Assembly (NCBI RefSeq): GCF_006345805.1
Contig: NC_043000.1
Location: forward strand, 7,750,001 to 7,814,000
Direction of reading: 5' to 3'
DNA length: 64,000 bases
From: Octopus sinensis
Lineage: Eukaryota
Part shown: positions 36,970 through 50,905 of the stretch, piece by piece
Layout: each line of letters begins with the position of its first letter
Numbering within the stretch: position 1 is the stretch's first letter
Notes under the pieces: model-generated
Seen by the model: the letters and a program-made list of their open reading frames with translations, nothing else
Databases searched by the model: none
What the model was told of the DNA's origin: nothing
Made by a program: the position numbers and the translations under genes

Positions 36970-39733
36970 ATTGACATCATAGAAGGAGTATATTAGTGTC
37001 CTGTAAGGATTATCTTGGCATATTATGAGGAGTATATTGGCAGCCTCCTCCTCGTCATCATTTTAATGACAATTGTTTTTGTCTGTTTCCATGCTAGTAT
37101 GGATTGGATGGTGTGTATTGAGGCAGATTTTCCACAACTCGATGCTATTTCTGCCACTAATCCTTACCCATTACTAAAAGCCAAGATAATATTTCCCTAA
37201 GGCAATATTATCCCTAGATAATATTTCCCTATGGCAATATTATATTTGTAGAATATTAGAATTGAACGATGCTACTTGTATGACAGTAACACTCACTCAC
37301 AGAAGACATTGAGATACAAACATACACTCACACATTCTCTTCTCTCCCCACCTCTCTCTCTCTCTCTCTCTCTCTTTCATACAGATACATACAAGCAATC
37401 AATATGATGAGCTTTGTTTAATTTCTCTCTACCAAATCCCCTCACAAGGCTTTAGTCAGCCCAGATCTGTAGTAAAAGATATTTACCTAAGGTACCACAC
37501 AATGGGATTGAACCCAGAACCATTTGTATGGGAAGCGAGCTTCTTAACCATGCAACCATGCCAATGTCCATGAAACATACATTGGCATCCAATAAATACT
37601 AAATTGGCTGATGTCTTCTGCCACTTTATCCTGTCCATCCTTGGATGGATTGTACTTGTAATTCAAAGATAAGGCCTTCACACTCTGATTCATATTTCTT
37701 TATTGCCTGCAAGGGGCTAAACATAGAGGGGACAAACAAGGACACTCTGATTCTACTTGAGGATTACATTAATGGCACATATGTATATGGAATACTTGGC
37801 CATCTACACACTAGTTCAATGAACAAGTCATCCCATTCGATTAAACAACTGAATCCTCATTGCTGACACTGGAGAAGATCTTTACATTTTATATCACTTA
37901 TTTATATCAACTCCAACCATTCTTGTAAGAATTAGCTCTGGCAATAGAATCGGTGTGGGTGATAGACAATACTACATCTTAGTCTTTGGCCAGTAGTCTG
38001 ATACCACATCGACATGGCCTGCTGTAACGCTATACCAATTGGAACTAAAGTAATCGTTAAGTGCCATTTATAGATGCTTATGTATATTAAAAGATGTAAT
38101 ATAGATCAAAGTTTTACATTTCAGAGTTATTAAAGGTGGGTAATAATTTTTAGCTATTGATTCTAAGATTCTGGCTGACTTATATGAGAGAAGCTATTTT
38201 ATACTTTTAGGTACTTTTTCTTTACTGCAGTTTGTGTGAATTTAGACATTTGCATATAATTTATGCTTTTGTTTGTTTCAGTCATTAGACTGTGACCATG
38301 CTAGAGCATCACCTTCAAGAATTTTAGCCGGATGAATTGACCTTGGTACTTATTTTTATACTTGGCACTATCGATCTCTCTCTTGCTGATCTGCTTAGTT
38401 ACAGGGAAGTTAACACACCAACCTCGCTTGTCAAGTGGTGGTGGAGCGGGGAGACAAATACAGACACAAAGACATACACACCTATATATATATATATATA
38501 TATATCGTTTTGGGATTTGATTTGCAAGATTCTTTATGTGAGTTTGTGTGTTGAAGCATATTCTGTTGTGTCTGGGGAGAGTCATTTTCTTTTTGTGCCT
38601 TATAATTTAACACACTCACCGGTAAAATTTCCACTTATTTCTTATTTTTATTTTTATTTCTATTTTTATACAAGGGGATTCTTTCAATTTCCATCTACCA
38701 AATCCACTCACAAGGTTTTGGTCAGATCAAGGCTATAGTAGAAGAGGGGCTGGACCCAGGGTCATCTGGTTGGGAAGCAAACTTCTTACCACACAGCTAT
38801 GCTTGCATCTATATAGCCACAACTGCACCTCTTGCAGTATTTTTTGTTTTTCAGTTGGATACCCAAGCAACATCATTAAGCAGTTAGGAAGACTGGGGCA
38901 AGCAGAAATCTATGCCTTACGACAGAAAATAACAAATTAGCTGCAATAAGATTTGGATTCACAGCCATATAGTACAATTGTCCAGTTCCTTAACTGTACA
39001 GCCATTGTGCTTTTTTTATAATAATTATAATAATTCTTTAATGATTGGGTTCGATCCCACATTTTGTCTCACAGAAATCACATTTCAATCATGTGCTCAA
39101 ACCCAATTGTTATCCATTTAATGGCCATTGTTCATGTGATAGTTTGGTGAGTTGTCTAGACTTGCCATGCACACTGCCTAAAATGCACAGCAAAATTTGC
39201 TGCCAATTTGGTGGAGTTTTGAGACATCTGAGTTGCCATGACATTCTCCACACTTGCCACCTTCAGAGTGATTCTGTTTACCACTGGTGCTCACTCTCCC
39301 TATAGCTGTTTTCACAGCTACATACTCAACCTGAAATGATTGAAGAAGACAACAGACCACTACACCATGAACATGTATTTGCTGTGTAAAAATTAGCCCA
39401 AATGTTGATTTTCAAACAATGTGTCATATACATTGTTTCTTCTGAATATTTCTTTGCTTGTATTGCATGAACACTTATGTTCATAAACATAAAGAGGCCT
39501 TTCTTTCTTTGCCACAATTCTTTATTGACAAAGTACAAGATCAAATTTTGTAATGGAGTGATATCATCTGGAGTTACAGCCTTCCTAGGTGGGTGGAGGA
39601 ATATGCCTTGCTTGTACATTTTTGGCATAGTTTCTAGAGCCAGAAGCCATTTTTAGGACCAATGATGTTACAATATTGAGTATACAATATTATGCGTTTA
39701 TGTGATATAATACATGACAGTTATATAATGTAA

Positions 39734-39790
<57 letters not shown>

Positions 39791-39830
39791 GCCTTATATA
39801 TATATGTGTGTGTGTGTATGTGTGTGTATA

Positions 39831-40661
39831 CAAGATGTTTGGGCTAAATTTGGCAGTTTGCATGAAAAGAAAAGTAAATGCAATATCCCATCCAAAAATA
39901 AAAGTATTTAAAAAAAAAATCAAAAGATATTAACTAGATTATGGCTGGGAGATAATAGTTAACTCAAAGAAGCTGCCCACAGCTTCCACCAAGGCCTCAA
40001 GATGGCTCTGGAACCTGGCGCATGCATACCTTGTTGTCTCCTTGGGAAGATCTTCAAACACCTCCTTGATCTTGGCCACCAGCTCAGCTTTGATATTGTA
40101 GGCAGAGTGGTCAGTCTCTTTCTCAACCAAGCCTCACATGTAGCAATTCATGGGATTAGAATTAGGAATTACACAAGAAATTGGGGCTGGTGAAATCTCC
40201 AACAACTATTTCTGACACTTTCAAGAAGTATGGCTAGGAGCCAAATCCTGCTGTCACACATATGAGCTTCCAGTAGCAACCCTCTCCACCCAGGGCTTGA
40301 CCACAGCAGCATCACATAACCATCTGAGTTGAGCTTAAGGTCCTGTACAAAATGTGGGGCAGCATGATGTCTCCTTCACTAGTAACATGCCTAAAAGCCA
40401 TCACAGTTTCATGATACCCGTGTCATTTCAGAGAACATTGAACAGCAGTCATGATGTCAACATTTTGGTACCTGGTGCAAATCTTCTTGATACAGGTAAC
40501 TTTTCCAATATTCAGATAATTTCTAGTCCTCCTTGTCAGCTAATTTTTTTTCAATTCCAACTTCAATCTTTATGTTCTCCAGTGGCATTGACTATTTACC
40601 AATACATCTGACTGTTCCTAAAAAAATTGTTCACAAAATTCATCAAATTTAGCCTGAATAC

Positions 40662-40665
<4 letters not shown>
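39831..40665 (-). mobile_element. Second maT/DD37D-like remnant, internally deleted
   Basis: Degenerate TIRs CAGGGTATTCAGGCTAAATTTG / CAAGATGTTTGGGCTAAATTTG; motifs QQDLAPSHTS and ACARFQSHLEALVEAVGSFFE. Confidence 0.8.
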
Positions 40666-40707
<42 letters not shown>

Positions 40708-41194
40708 TGTGTCTGTGTGTGTATACATTACATAAACATACACATGCACACGCACATATATATATATATATATATACACACACGCACATATATATACTTA
40801 CATACACATACATACAAGCGGTTATGTAATGTGCTATATATTTATGTAATGCCTTGCAGCTATCTAATATACATTCAATATAATATAATATACATATAAT
40901 ATATTACTGTTATGCAATATATATCGTCATCACCCCATTTAATGACCATCTTCCATACTGGCATGGGCTGGATGATTTGAAAGAACCTGACACGCCACGG
41001 GACTGCATTGACCACCAATGTCTACTTTAGTACCGTTTCTAAGACTGGATACCCTTTCTAATGCCAATCACTTTACAGAGTGTACTGGGTGCTTTATATG
41101 TACATATGTACATACATATGTAGGTGCATACTTTCATTCATACCTACCTCCCTCTCATTTGCATCCCCCGTCTATTCTTATCTCTACCCACATA

Positions 41195-41975
41195 GTCTAC
41201 CTGTGTTTCCAAGGTAGCATTCTGATCCCCCACTAAAAGTAAGAGACGTTCCTAGGAATACTTCTAGACATCGAAAGAAATCCGTCTGATTGGTTAAAGG
41301 TGGTGCGTAGACTGATACGAGTCGAAAAGCACACCCATTGCTGCTGTCGACATCCAGGACGACCAGTCTATCCTCTGGGTCTATGAAAATTGCCTTTACT
41401 TCGACATCTAGACTCTTGCAAAAAAAGTACCGCTATGCCACTACCGCCCATTCTTGGCAGACAGGGAGAAAAATAAATGTTAAACTGTCTGCTAAATATA
41501 GACTTTAGGGTCCGTGGATTATGGAGTCTGGTCTCACTTATGGCTATAATTCCTAACTTGTGTGACTTTATGTCATTTAAGAGGTACCCTTGTTTCCAAG
41601 GGGACCCCAAGCCACGTGCATTTAATCAACCAATCTTGATCATAATCCTAGTCTCCTCCATCCTTCTTTCATCGACATGTGGTGTGGGGAGTGGAGGAAA
41701 ATCTAAGTTGATGTCTTTGGTGGCAGTGATGGTGCAACAACAAAACTGATGCCTTGTGGCGTTAGTTTTGTTGTTATTGTTAGTGGTGGTGGTGGTAGCA
41801 GTGTTCAAGCTGTTAGGTTCAGCAGCTAATGGTAGCGGTAGTTCCTTGCTAGTGTTCCGCATGACTTGTGCACTGGACACATAGTTTCCAGTTGCCATTT
41901 TTGAAATGAAAAATGGTTAAAATAAAACTACGAAAGCCTTCAAAATTTTGGAAATTTTGCCCACACTGGGGCGAA
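41195..41975 (-). mobile_element. Tx1/L1-group LINE 5' remnant (ORF1 start plus AP endonuclease)
   Basis: MIKIG*LNARGL...IIAISETRL...GGSGIAVLF...DPEDRLVVLDV...FRLVSVYAP matches APE motifs; short ORF1-like piece at 41626-41898. Confidence 0.8.
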
Positions 41976-42317
41976 ATTCTATTTTATTTTATTTTTATTT
42001 TTTCTAGTTTCAGCTCACAAGCTGTGGCCATGCTGGGGCACTGCCATTTTATGTAAATATTTATCAAGTTTTGTAGTGAATGTTCTTGCACAACTTTTAA
42101 ACACAAAATATTTGACAATAAAGAGTTTTAAACATGTAAAAATGGCTAACTTACGTGGAGCCCATTTGACTAGCGTCTGTCAGAGATAGATATAGATAGT
42201 TTGATAGATAAATATATAGACAGAAAGACAGATGGATAGATAGTTAGAGAGATAGGTAGATAGACAGGTAGATAGACAGATAGACAGATAGACTGATAAA
42301 TAGAAAGACAGACAGAC

Positions 42318-42375
<58 letters not shown>

Positions 42376-42954
42376 ATAGAAAGACAGACAGACATTGGTC
42401 AACCTGAAGCTATAGTAGAATCAACTAAAATCCCTTAAAGGTGGCACCAGCATGACCACAGTCCAGTGACTGAAATCAGGAGCAGAACAGAATTGAATAT
42501 GGTAAAGTATTTAGTACAAAAATGTCCTACTCCTCCTATTTTATTCTCTTCAATATAACAACAACAGCAACAACAACAAGCCAAGATGATGATGTAATTT
42601 CTGTTATATGAAACAAAAGCAGTTCCTTGAAATCTAATTGGTTTGTATTGAACATGAAAATATTTGCATTGTGCTGTATTGTTTTGAAGCAATCTATTTA
42701 AAAAGAAAACGTCTAATTTATTGAAAACATTTAAATAAATTCACGATGTATTCCTCTTAATGTGCTTTTTCTTTTGTTACAAATATTTTTTTATATTTGT
42801 GTATAGGTGCAGGTATGGCTGTGTGGTTAATTTTACTTCCTAACTGCATAGCTTTGGGTTCAGTCCTTGAGCAAGTATCTTCTGTTGTGGTTCAGGGCTA
42901 ACCACTTGTGAATGGATTTGATAGAGAAAAACTGAAAGAAACCTGTTGCATATG

Positions 42955-43537
42955 TGCAGGAGTGGCTGTGTGGTAAGTAGCTTGCTTACCAACCACATGG
43001 TTCTGGGTTCATTCCCACTGCGTGGCACCTTGGGCAAGTGTCTTCTACTATAACCTCGGGCCAACCAAAGCCTTGTGAGTGGATTTGGTTGACAGAAACT
43101 GAAAGAAACCCGTTGTATATATGTATGTATATATATATATATATAAGTATATATATATATATATGACACGTGACACGTGACCGACCAAACCATCAGATGT
43201 TGCTACACATCGCTGGTCACAATGCACTTCACATTGTTTTAGCCTTCAATGACGCCACCCCGCTGGCAAAGCGATCAGGCCAATATATATATATATATAT
43301 ATATATAAATGTATGTATTTGTATATGTTTGTGTGTCTGTGTTTCTCCCCCCTACATTGCTTGACAACCGATGCTGGTGTGTTTACGTCTCTGTAACCTA
43401 GCGGTTTGGCAAAAGAGACCAATAGAATAAGTACTAGGCTTACAAAGAATAAGTCCTGGGGTCGATTTGTCGATTAAAGGCGGGGCTCGAGCATGGCCAC
43501 AGTCAAATGACTGAAACAAGTAAAAGAGTAAAAAGAG
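42955..43537 (+). mobile_element. SINE family A with a nested fragment
   Basis: Family A head, core and tail; 43165-43280 matches, in reverse, the SINE tail at 33020-33110. Confidence 0.85.
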
Positions 43538-44453
43538 TATGTATGTATGTATGTATGTACTCATGAATGTACATACATATGTATGTATGAACGCATGTAT
43601 GTGTGTGTGCATGTATGTATGTATGTTTTTCTTTCTTTTAGAATTATTGAGTGAGGGAGCAGCACACACCATCAAAGTGATGCTAAGGTACAAATATATA
43701 ACTACCAGTATGTGCATCACAACTGCCTGTCTGATAAGGTTACACCAGGCACATGCATTATAACTACATGTGTGCAACATGGTGACCTCATAGACCTCAT
43801 ATCAAGGTAATGAGTGCATGACCTTGCAGATGGAGCCCAGTTCAAATTTTCTTCAGGATGAGTATCCCATCTTGTGTGAAATGTCCCTAAATAGGGGTTG
43901 TTTAAGGATTATGAATGAAACGCTCCTGTGTTCCTATCTATTTGTTACAAGTTTTCTGTAGAAAACATGTCTGATCATGGAGGTAGCTAAAAGGTTGGCC
44001 ACAAGAAGGGCATCTGGCTGGAGAAAATTATCTTATTCCATATACATCTGATTCATGCAATATGGAGAAATGGATGTTGAATGACGATGATGATGATGAT
44101 AGTGATGATGACTATGATGACGACAATACTAACAAAGAATGGCCATGACTCTTGAGTTTTGTGAAAAGATGATGTCTCACATGTGAGACATTGTTATGGC
44201 AATTCCTTGTTAAGGCCCTTTCAGTTCACTTCACTTTTATTTGTGTCGTTAATTGCCTCCTGGGAAAAAGTATGAAGAGACTACTGCTCTCCGTTTCCTT
44301 CTCCCATGATGGAACAAGAAAGAATCTTTGTTAAAGGATAAAAGAGAAATCAGTGTTCTGAATATATGAGTAACTGTATATGAAAGACAGGTGTTAAGTC
44401 AGGTGAATTAAAAACTATTTGGTAAATCAAGTGGTGTCTGGTTTTAGTGTAAG

Positions 44454-44504
<51 letters not shown>

Positions 44505-44848
44505 GAATGAGACTAGATTTACTCATGTGAAATGAATTGTTTATATAAACCAAGTGAGCAGATGTTATAAAGTAACATAGTGAAAATAAATGATAGGTGC
44601 TTATCAATGACAGAAAGCTAGACTTCAGCAGAAAAGAAAACAAAGAATGAGAGCGTTATCAGTCAGACTTGTCTGCAGAACTCATGCAAATATGAAAGTG
44701 AAGTTAAATAGAATTGAAACAGCATGCTTCCCTCTCTGTCTGTTTCTTAATATGCCTGTCTGTCTGTCTGTCTAGCTGTCTGTTTATTTCTGTAAGAGAG
44801 AGGAGCACCAACATTTTCAGCCACTGAGGTTCCACTGAAGATACTATG

Positions 44849-44890
<42 letters not shown>

Positions 44891-45107
44891 GTAAAAAGTG
44901 AAAAAACTACAGAAGGCTTGTTTTAAAAGGTTAAAAAATATATATTTGAGTCACTATGTCTGAAGAATGTTATAAATTTTTTTCATACAATGACATAGTA
45001 TAGAAGAAATGACCAGTTTCGCGTTCAGCTTTTCAAATTTCTTAAAACGTTATATATATATGTGTGTGTGTGTGTGTAAATATATATATATATATATATA
45101 TATGTAA

Positions 45108-45186
<79 letters not shown>

Positions 45187-45196
45187 TATGTATATG

Positions 45197-45275
<79 letters not shown>

Positions 45276-45367
45276 ATGTATATTCCTAGTCGGAATATAT
45301 ATCCTTTCATTAATACAGTTTTCCTTTCTGGAAGTAACAGGGGGGGGGGGGTTGACACCTTATTTTT

Positions 45368-46380
45368 TTCTAGATAGAAGTAGTAATGTACAGTTAGAAA
45401 GGCATGGGAAAAATTTCTTTAGATTTTCAAAAATTTAGGACTAAACATTACTATAGGTAAAGATTATCGTAGAGTAAATTTTCTTGATGGTATCTTCTGT
45501 CTTGATACGGAATTATTTGAACCAGTTCATAAGCCAAATGATCATATTAAGTACATTAATGTAGCATCCAACCATCCACCCTCAATTATACGGGAACAAG
45601 CAAAGAATATTTCTACAAGAATCTCTAGATTATCTGCTAATAATAAATTTTTTGAATTTCATGCATCTTATTATAATGCTGCTCTAGCTAGGGCTTGGTA
45701 CCATGAAAAAATTCAATATATTCCAGAAGCAGGCATAAGCAACACTGGTAATTCCTACAACTGCTATGCACATCGTATACCACCACAACATTACCATTTG
45801 AGAAATCACTCGGATAATGAATACAGGCCAGAAAGAATTGGTCATGTCAATGAACTACCAACGAAAACTCATAGACACATGCAACATAATAATCCATCTG
45901 CTTGTTCCAATCCTGTACAACACAATCGATCAAATAAACCTAACAACAGATACAGGAATCAGGATGTCCTCTGGTTCAACCTGATTTTCGGTTCACATGT
46001 TCCAACAAAGATCACTGGAAGATTTTTTGCTGCTTTGGACAAGTGTTTTCCTAAATCTAATCGGTATCATGCTATTTTTAATTGACACACCTTGAAGGTA
46101 TCCTACACCAACTCTGCTAATTTAGAGCAACTTATGCAGTGCATAAACAATAGCAAAATGCGGCAAAGGTTCAAAAGCCCACCTATTGGATCTAGCGAAC
46201 ATTTGCATTTAAATACCAACCAAGGTGATGTAAGCTGCATTGATAAACACCAACTACGACCAATTTGTAGAAGTAGAAATATCTGTGATACAGCTATCAC
46301 GGTAACAATGGAGTTGGGACTGCCTTCTATACAAATAAATATGATAAATGCTCATGCAGAGAAAAATCTAAATTTTCTTT
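45368..46380 (+). mobile_element. Penelope-like element fragment, Naiad-like (RT thumb and linker)
   Basis: NLGLNITI...VNFLDGIFCL...HKPNDHIKYINVASNHPPSIIRE..KNISTRISRLS and DVLWFN..F...V.TKI..RFF..LDKCFPK...YHAIFN*HTLKVSY resemble Naiad/Chlamys-type PLE motifs; stops and frameshifts are present. Confidence 0.85.
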
Positions 46381-46404
46381 GATGAATCTCTGTATGAGTA
46401 CAAA

Positions 46405-47090
46405 TCTTGACATAGAGAAAGCCTTTGACAGGGTGCCCTGATCCCTTATCTGGTGGTCAATGAGGAAACTAGGGATAGATGAGCGGTTAGTGAGAGCTGT
46501 ACAAGCCATGTACAAGGAATACTGTCAGTAAGGTGAAGGTTGGCAATGAGTATAGTGAAGAATTCTGGGTAGGGGTAGGAGTCCACCAAGGATTGATCCT
46601 CAGCCCCCTCTTATTCATCATAGTCCTCCAAGCAATAACAGCGGAATTCAAGACAGGATGCCCCTGGGGGGCTTCTCTATGCTGATGACCTTGCTCTAAT
46701 AGCTGAGTCATTATCTGAAGTAGAGGAGATGTTTCAGGTGTGGAAGCAAGGTCTAGAATCTAAAGGCTTTAGAGTCAATGTAGCAAAAACCAAAGTCACT
46801 GGTCGTTGTCAGTGCTGCCTGACTGGCTCCCATGCTGGTGGCATGTAAAAAGCACCATTCAAGCATGGTCCATGCCAGTACTGCCTGACTGGCCCTCATG
46901 CTGGTGGCACGTAAAAAGCACCCACTATGCTCTTGGAGTGGTTGGCATTAGGAAGGGCATCCATCTGTAGAAACTTCATCAGATCAGATTGAAGACTGAT
47001 GCAGCCTTTTGGCTTGCCAACCCCAGTCAAACTGTCCAACCCATGCCAGCATGGAGAGCAGACATTAAATGATGATGATGATGATGATGT
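46405..47090 (+). mobile_element. RTE-clade LINE RT fragment joined to its 3' tail
   Basis: DIEKAFDRVP, GVHQGLILSPLLF, LLYADDLAL, RVNVAKTKV, then tandem GCCAGT..GACTGGC..AAAAAGCACC units and (GAT)n. Confidence 0.93.
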
Positions 47091-47115
47091 GTGTATATAT
47101 ATATATGTGTGTGTG

Positions 47116-47153
<38 letters not shown>

Positions 47154-47474
47154 GCCAGGCGAAGTCTTTGTCAACAGGTATGCCAAGATTAAACATAAAA
47201 AAGTCAGAAACCATGGTCCAGGAAATAGATGGGAAATGTTTTTATTTTTCATTCCCTTCCAGAATTTATTCCTAATTAGTGGTTTGGACTTTAGCTGTTC
47301 CTTCTAGCATAAGGGAGTCCTATGATGGATACCTCTTAATGTGTTTAAATGTACACTGTATTTTATATGAATAATATATAGTCTATTGACTAATTTTTCT
47401 ATACGCTAGGCTACTGGTAGTAAAAATTTCTAAAATCTTTATTACCCTGATATTATTAATTATATATATATACT

Positions 47475-47885
47475 CTATTACTCTCTTTTACTTGTTTCAG
47501 TCATTTGACTGCGGCCATGCTGGAGTACCACCTTTAGTCAAGCAAATCGACCCCAGGACTTATTCTTTGTAAGCCTAGTATTCTATCAGTTTCTTTTGCC
47601 GAACTGCTAAGTTACAGGGATGTAAATACACCACCATTGGTTGTCAAGCGATGTTGGAGGGGACAAACACAGACACACAAACATATACACACACATACAT
47701 ATATATATACATATATACGATGGGCTTCCTTCAGTTCCCATCTACTAAATCTACTCAGAAGGCTTTGGTCAGCCTGAGGCTATAGTAGAAAACACTTGCC
47801 CAAGGTGCCACACAGTGGGAATGAACCCGGAACCATGTGGTTGGTAAGCAAGCTACTTACCACACAGCCACTCCTGCACCTATAC
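47475..47885 (-). mobile_element. SINE family A, full-length
   Basis: Reverse complement of the family A consensus. Confidence 0.9.
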
Positions 47886-47922
47886 ACAGCCACTCCTTCG
47901 CCTATACACAGCCACACCTGTG

Positions 47923-47959
<37 letters not shown>

Positions 47960-48049
47960 AAGTGTGTATTTCTATGTAATAGCACTGCAGACGAGCTCAG
48001 CAATAATCACATTTGCTGCTTAGTTTTAGATGTTGAAGCCTTATGAAGC

Positions 48050-48520
48050 CTTAAGCTGATAAAACTGATAAGAACATAGTCTCTCTGAATGGTTACGATG
48101 TTAGTCTACCACTGATAAACTTCCTACAGAAACATTGAAACTGAGTTAATATCTCAGTAAACTAACACAAACGGAATTGGTTTATTGTCTACTCGAAATG
48201 ACAAGGATATGATGTAGTTTAATGAAGATGTATGATTTCATACAGTCTCTTTAATATTCGTCACTTAAAAGCTTAGCAGAGTCAGACCATTGTTTGATAG
48301 AGGAGAGTGAGGTAGGGGTGCTTTGGAAGAGTGGGCAGTTATAGTGACAAAGTAAAAATAAATTAAGGGAAGCTGTCATTCGAACTGGTTAATTAATCTA
48401 TGTTATATGCTAGCTGTAAACAGAACGTTTTTAATGTAGGAGCGAAAGAGGGTTCCAGTTAAACACTGAGTAAATCTTTGCTGTCCTGAAGAGCAATATT
48501 TTGTATTCAGTAAATCTATA
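48050..48520 (-). mobile_element. Possible highly decayed PLE fragment
   Basis: Weak FQCFC..Y..GR-like remnant near 48100-48145 and an adjacent degenerate (CA)-rich tract at 48530-48970. Confidence 0.3.
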
Positions 48521-50051
48521 ATTAGATGCAATGTGTTTGTGTGTGGATGTGCATGTGAGCATGTGTTTGTGGATATGTTTATATGTGTATATGTGTACTT
48601 GTGGATATGTTTTTGAGGATGTGTGTGTATGTGTGAGTGTGTGTGTGTGAGTGTGTATATGAGTATGTGTATATGTATGTGTGTGGGTGTGTGTGAGTGT
48701 GTAGTATGAGCATGCATGTGTATGTGAGTTTGTGTGAGAATATGTGCGTGAGAGAGTGTTTGTATGTGAGTGTGTGTGTATGTATTAGTGTGTGTGTGTA
48801 TATTTATGAGTGAGTGTTTGTAGGTGAGTCAAACCATGTGTGTGTCTGTGTGTGCAAGAACATATTTGTGTGTGTGGACACATATGTGCATGTATGAATG
48901 TGTGTGTAAACACATATGTTTGAACTGAACATGTGTGTATGTTTATGTATGTGTGCTTTTAATGTGAGTGTCTATTTTTTACTATTTAACAGAAGAAGTC
49001 AGTGGGGATGGCCATGTCATAACCTTTGTAGTTTGAAGAAATCAATACAGTTGTTATACTGATATTCAGCTTAAGAATTCTGTGGATTGATGCCGATGGT
49101 GGTGGTGGTGGCGGTGGGGAAGTGTGACGAGAGAGGAGGAGGAGGAGGAGGAGGAGGAAGAGGAATTTGTGAAGGTCGTAGTTCTAGCAAAAAGGTCATT
49201 CCAAGAACTACATGTTTAGCATGGAGTTTGGAAAGTGAGCCGTAGTCAGGATGACAAAAAAAGGAGGAAGATCGGTTTTTGTGAGAGAAAACTTAGCTGT
49301 TCAAAAGAGCAACCAAGAGGTGTTGAGGTAATGAGAGAAGACAGAAAGGGGCAATCCTTCAGTAATGGTACACGACCCACACAACCTTCTCTTATGACGA
49401 AAATAAAGAGACTAAGGTAAAAAAAAAAGGGAGAATGATTTATCCCCTCATATTGACACTCTGTAGACCACCATCAAAAGATCACTCAGAAAGGATGCTA
49501 TTTATCAATGACTTGGTAGTCAATGTATGTTGGTATGTGAGTGTTTGGATGGTGAGTTATAAGGTCTTTTACCTTCTATCTTCTACTTGTTTCAGTCATT
49601 GGACTGCAGCCAGAGTTTGACCCAAGTACTTAACATTTAAGTGTGGTACTTATTCTATCAGTCTGTGAGTTTAAATTCCACTAAGGTTGACTTTGCTTTT
49701 CAAACTTTCAGGCTTGATGATTTAAGTTCCAGTTGAACAGTGGGGCTGATGTAATCAACTTAAACCCTCCCCCAAAATTACTGGCCTTGTGCCAAAATGT
49801 GAAACCAGTATTACTGCTAACTCTCATAAGCCCTGCTAATGGTGTCACGTAAAGAGAACACAGAAAACTCTGTAAAGTGGTTGGTATTAGGAAGGGCATC
49901 CAGCTGTAGAAACCAAGCCAAAACAGACTATGGGACCTGGTGTGGCCCTGGCATTTCCGGTTCCTGTTAAGCCATCCAACCCATGCCAGCAAGGAAAAAC
50001 AGCCGTTAAATGATGATTATGATGATGATTAATTGTCATGATATGGTGTGA

Positions 50052-50390
50052 AGGCGCATGGCTCAGTGGTTAGAGCATTGAGCTTATGATCATGAGGATG
50101 TGAGTTCGAATCCCGGACCGGGCAACATGTTGTGTTCTTGAGCAAGACACTTTGTTTCATGTTGTTCCAGTCACTCAGCTGTAGAAATGAGTTGCAATGT
50201 CACTGGTGCCAAACTGTATCAGCCCCTTTGCCTTTCCCTTGGATAACACTGGTGGCATGGAGAAGGGAGGCTGGTATACATGAGCAACTGCTGGTCTTCC
50301 ATAAACAACCTTGCCCGGACTTGTTTGTGCCTGGGAGGGTAACTTTCTAGGTGCAATCCCATTGTCAGTCATAACCGAAGGGGGTCTCAG
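50052..50390 (+). mobile_element. tRNA-derived SINE family D
   Basis: TGGCTCAGTGG (A box), GAGTTCGAATCCC (B box), TGTGTTCTTGAGCAAGACAC core; ATGGTGTG flanks both ends. Confidence 0.9.
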
Positions 50391-50905
50391 ATGGTGTGTT
50401 ACCCAGTGGTTAGGGTGGTTAACCTCACCATTATAATGTCATGGTTTCAATTTCTGGACCAGGCTGCCCATTTGACCAGTCTACTCCAGTCTACTCCAAC
50501 TGAAATCAAGTCCCAGCTAAGTGCTGGTACAGCTCTCTCTTTTTCCACCTGTCACATCTGCAGCCTTTATATCCAACTGGGTCATGAGTAGGAGGGTCAT
50601 CCTGCTTGTGACTATATGGTAATCTTAAGCAATTAGTGAAAACATGGTACCTGGTGTCAAGTCATACTTGCTTGAAAGTGATTGTTATAATTCATTCTCA
50701 TTTACTAATTGCTGTGATTAGTGATGGGAGGAGCAACAGATTATCATAATAACCATATATAAATATTAGATGGAATTTGAATAATTTTAATTTCATTGCA
50801 GTGACATGATCAATATCATTTAGAATAATGATCACACTCTCCACACACATACACACACATGCACGCATACATGCACGCATGTACACACACACAAATACAT
50901 ACATT

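Noticed and set aside
44955-45000. ACTATGT-CTGAAGA...ACATAGT hammerhead-like motif
   Set aside because: No GAAA, stem III or UH between the stem I strands.
46083-46085. In-frame TGA in the Naiad-like ORF as selenocysteine
   Set aside because: It falls at the Arg of the IFNR motif, so CGA-to-TGA decay is the simpler explanation.
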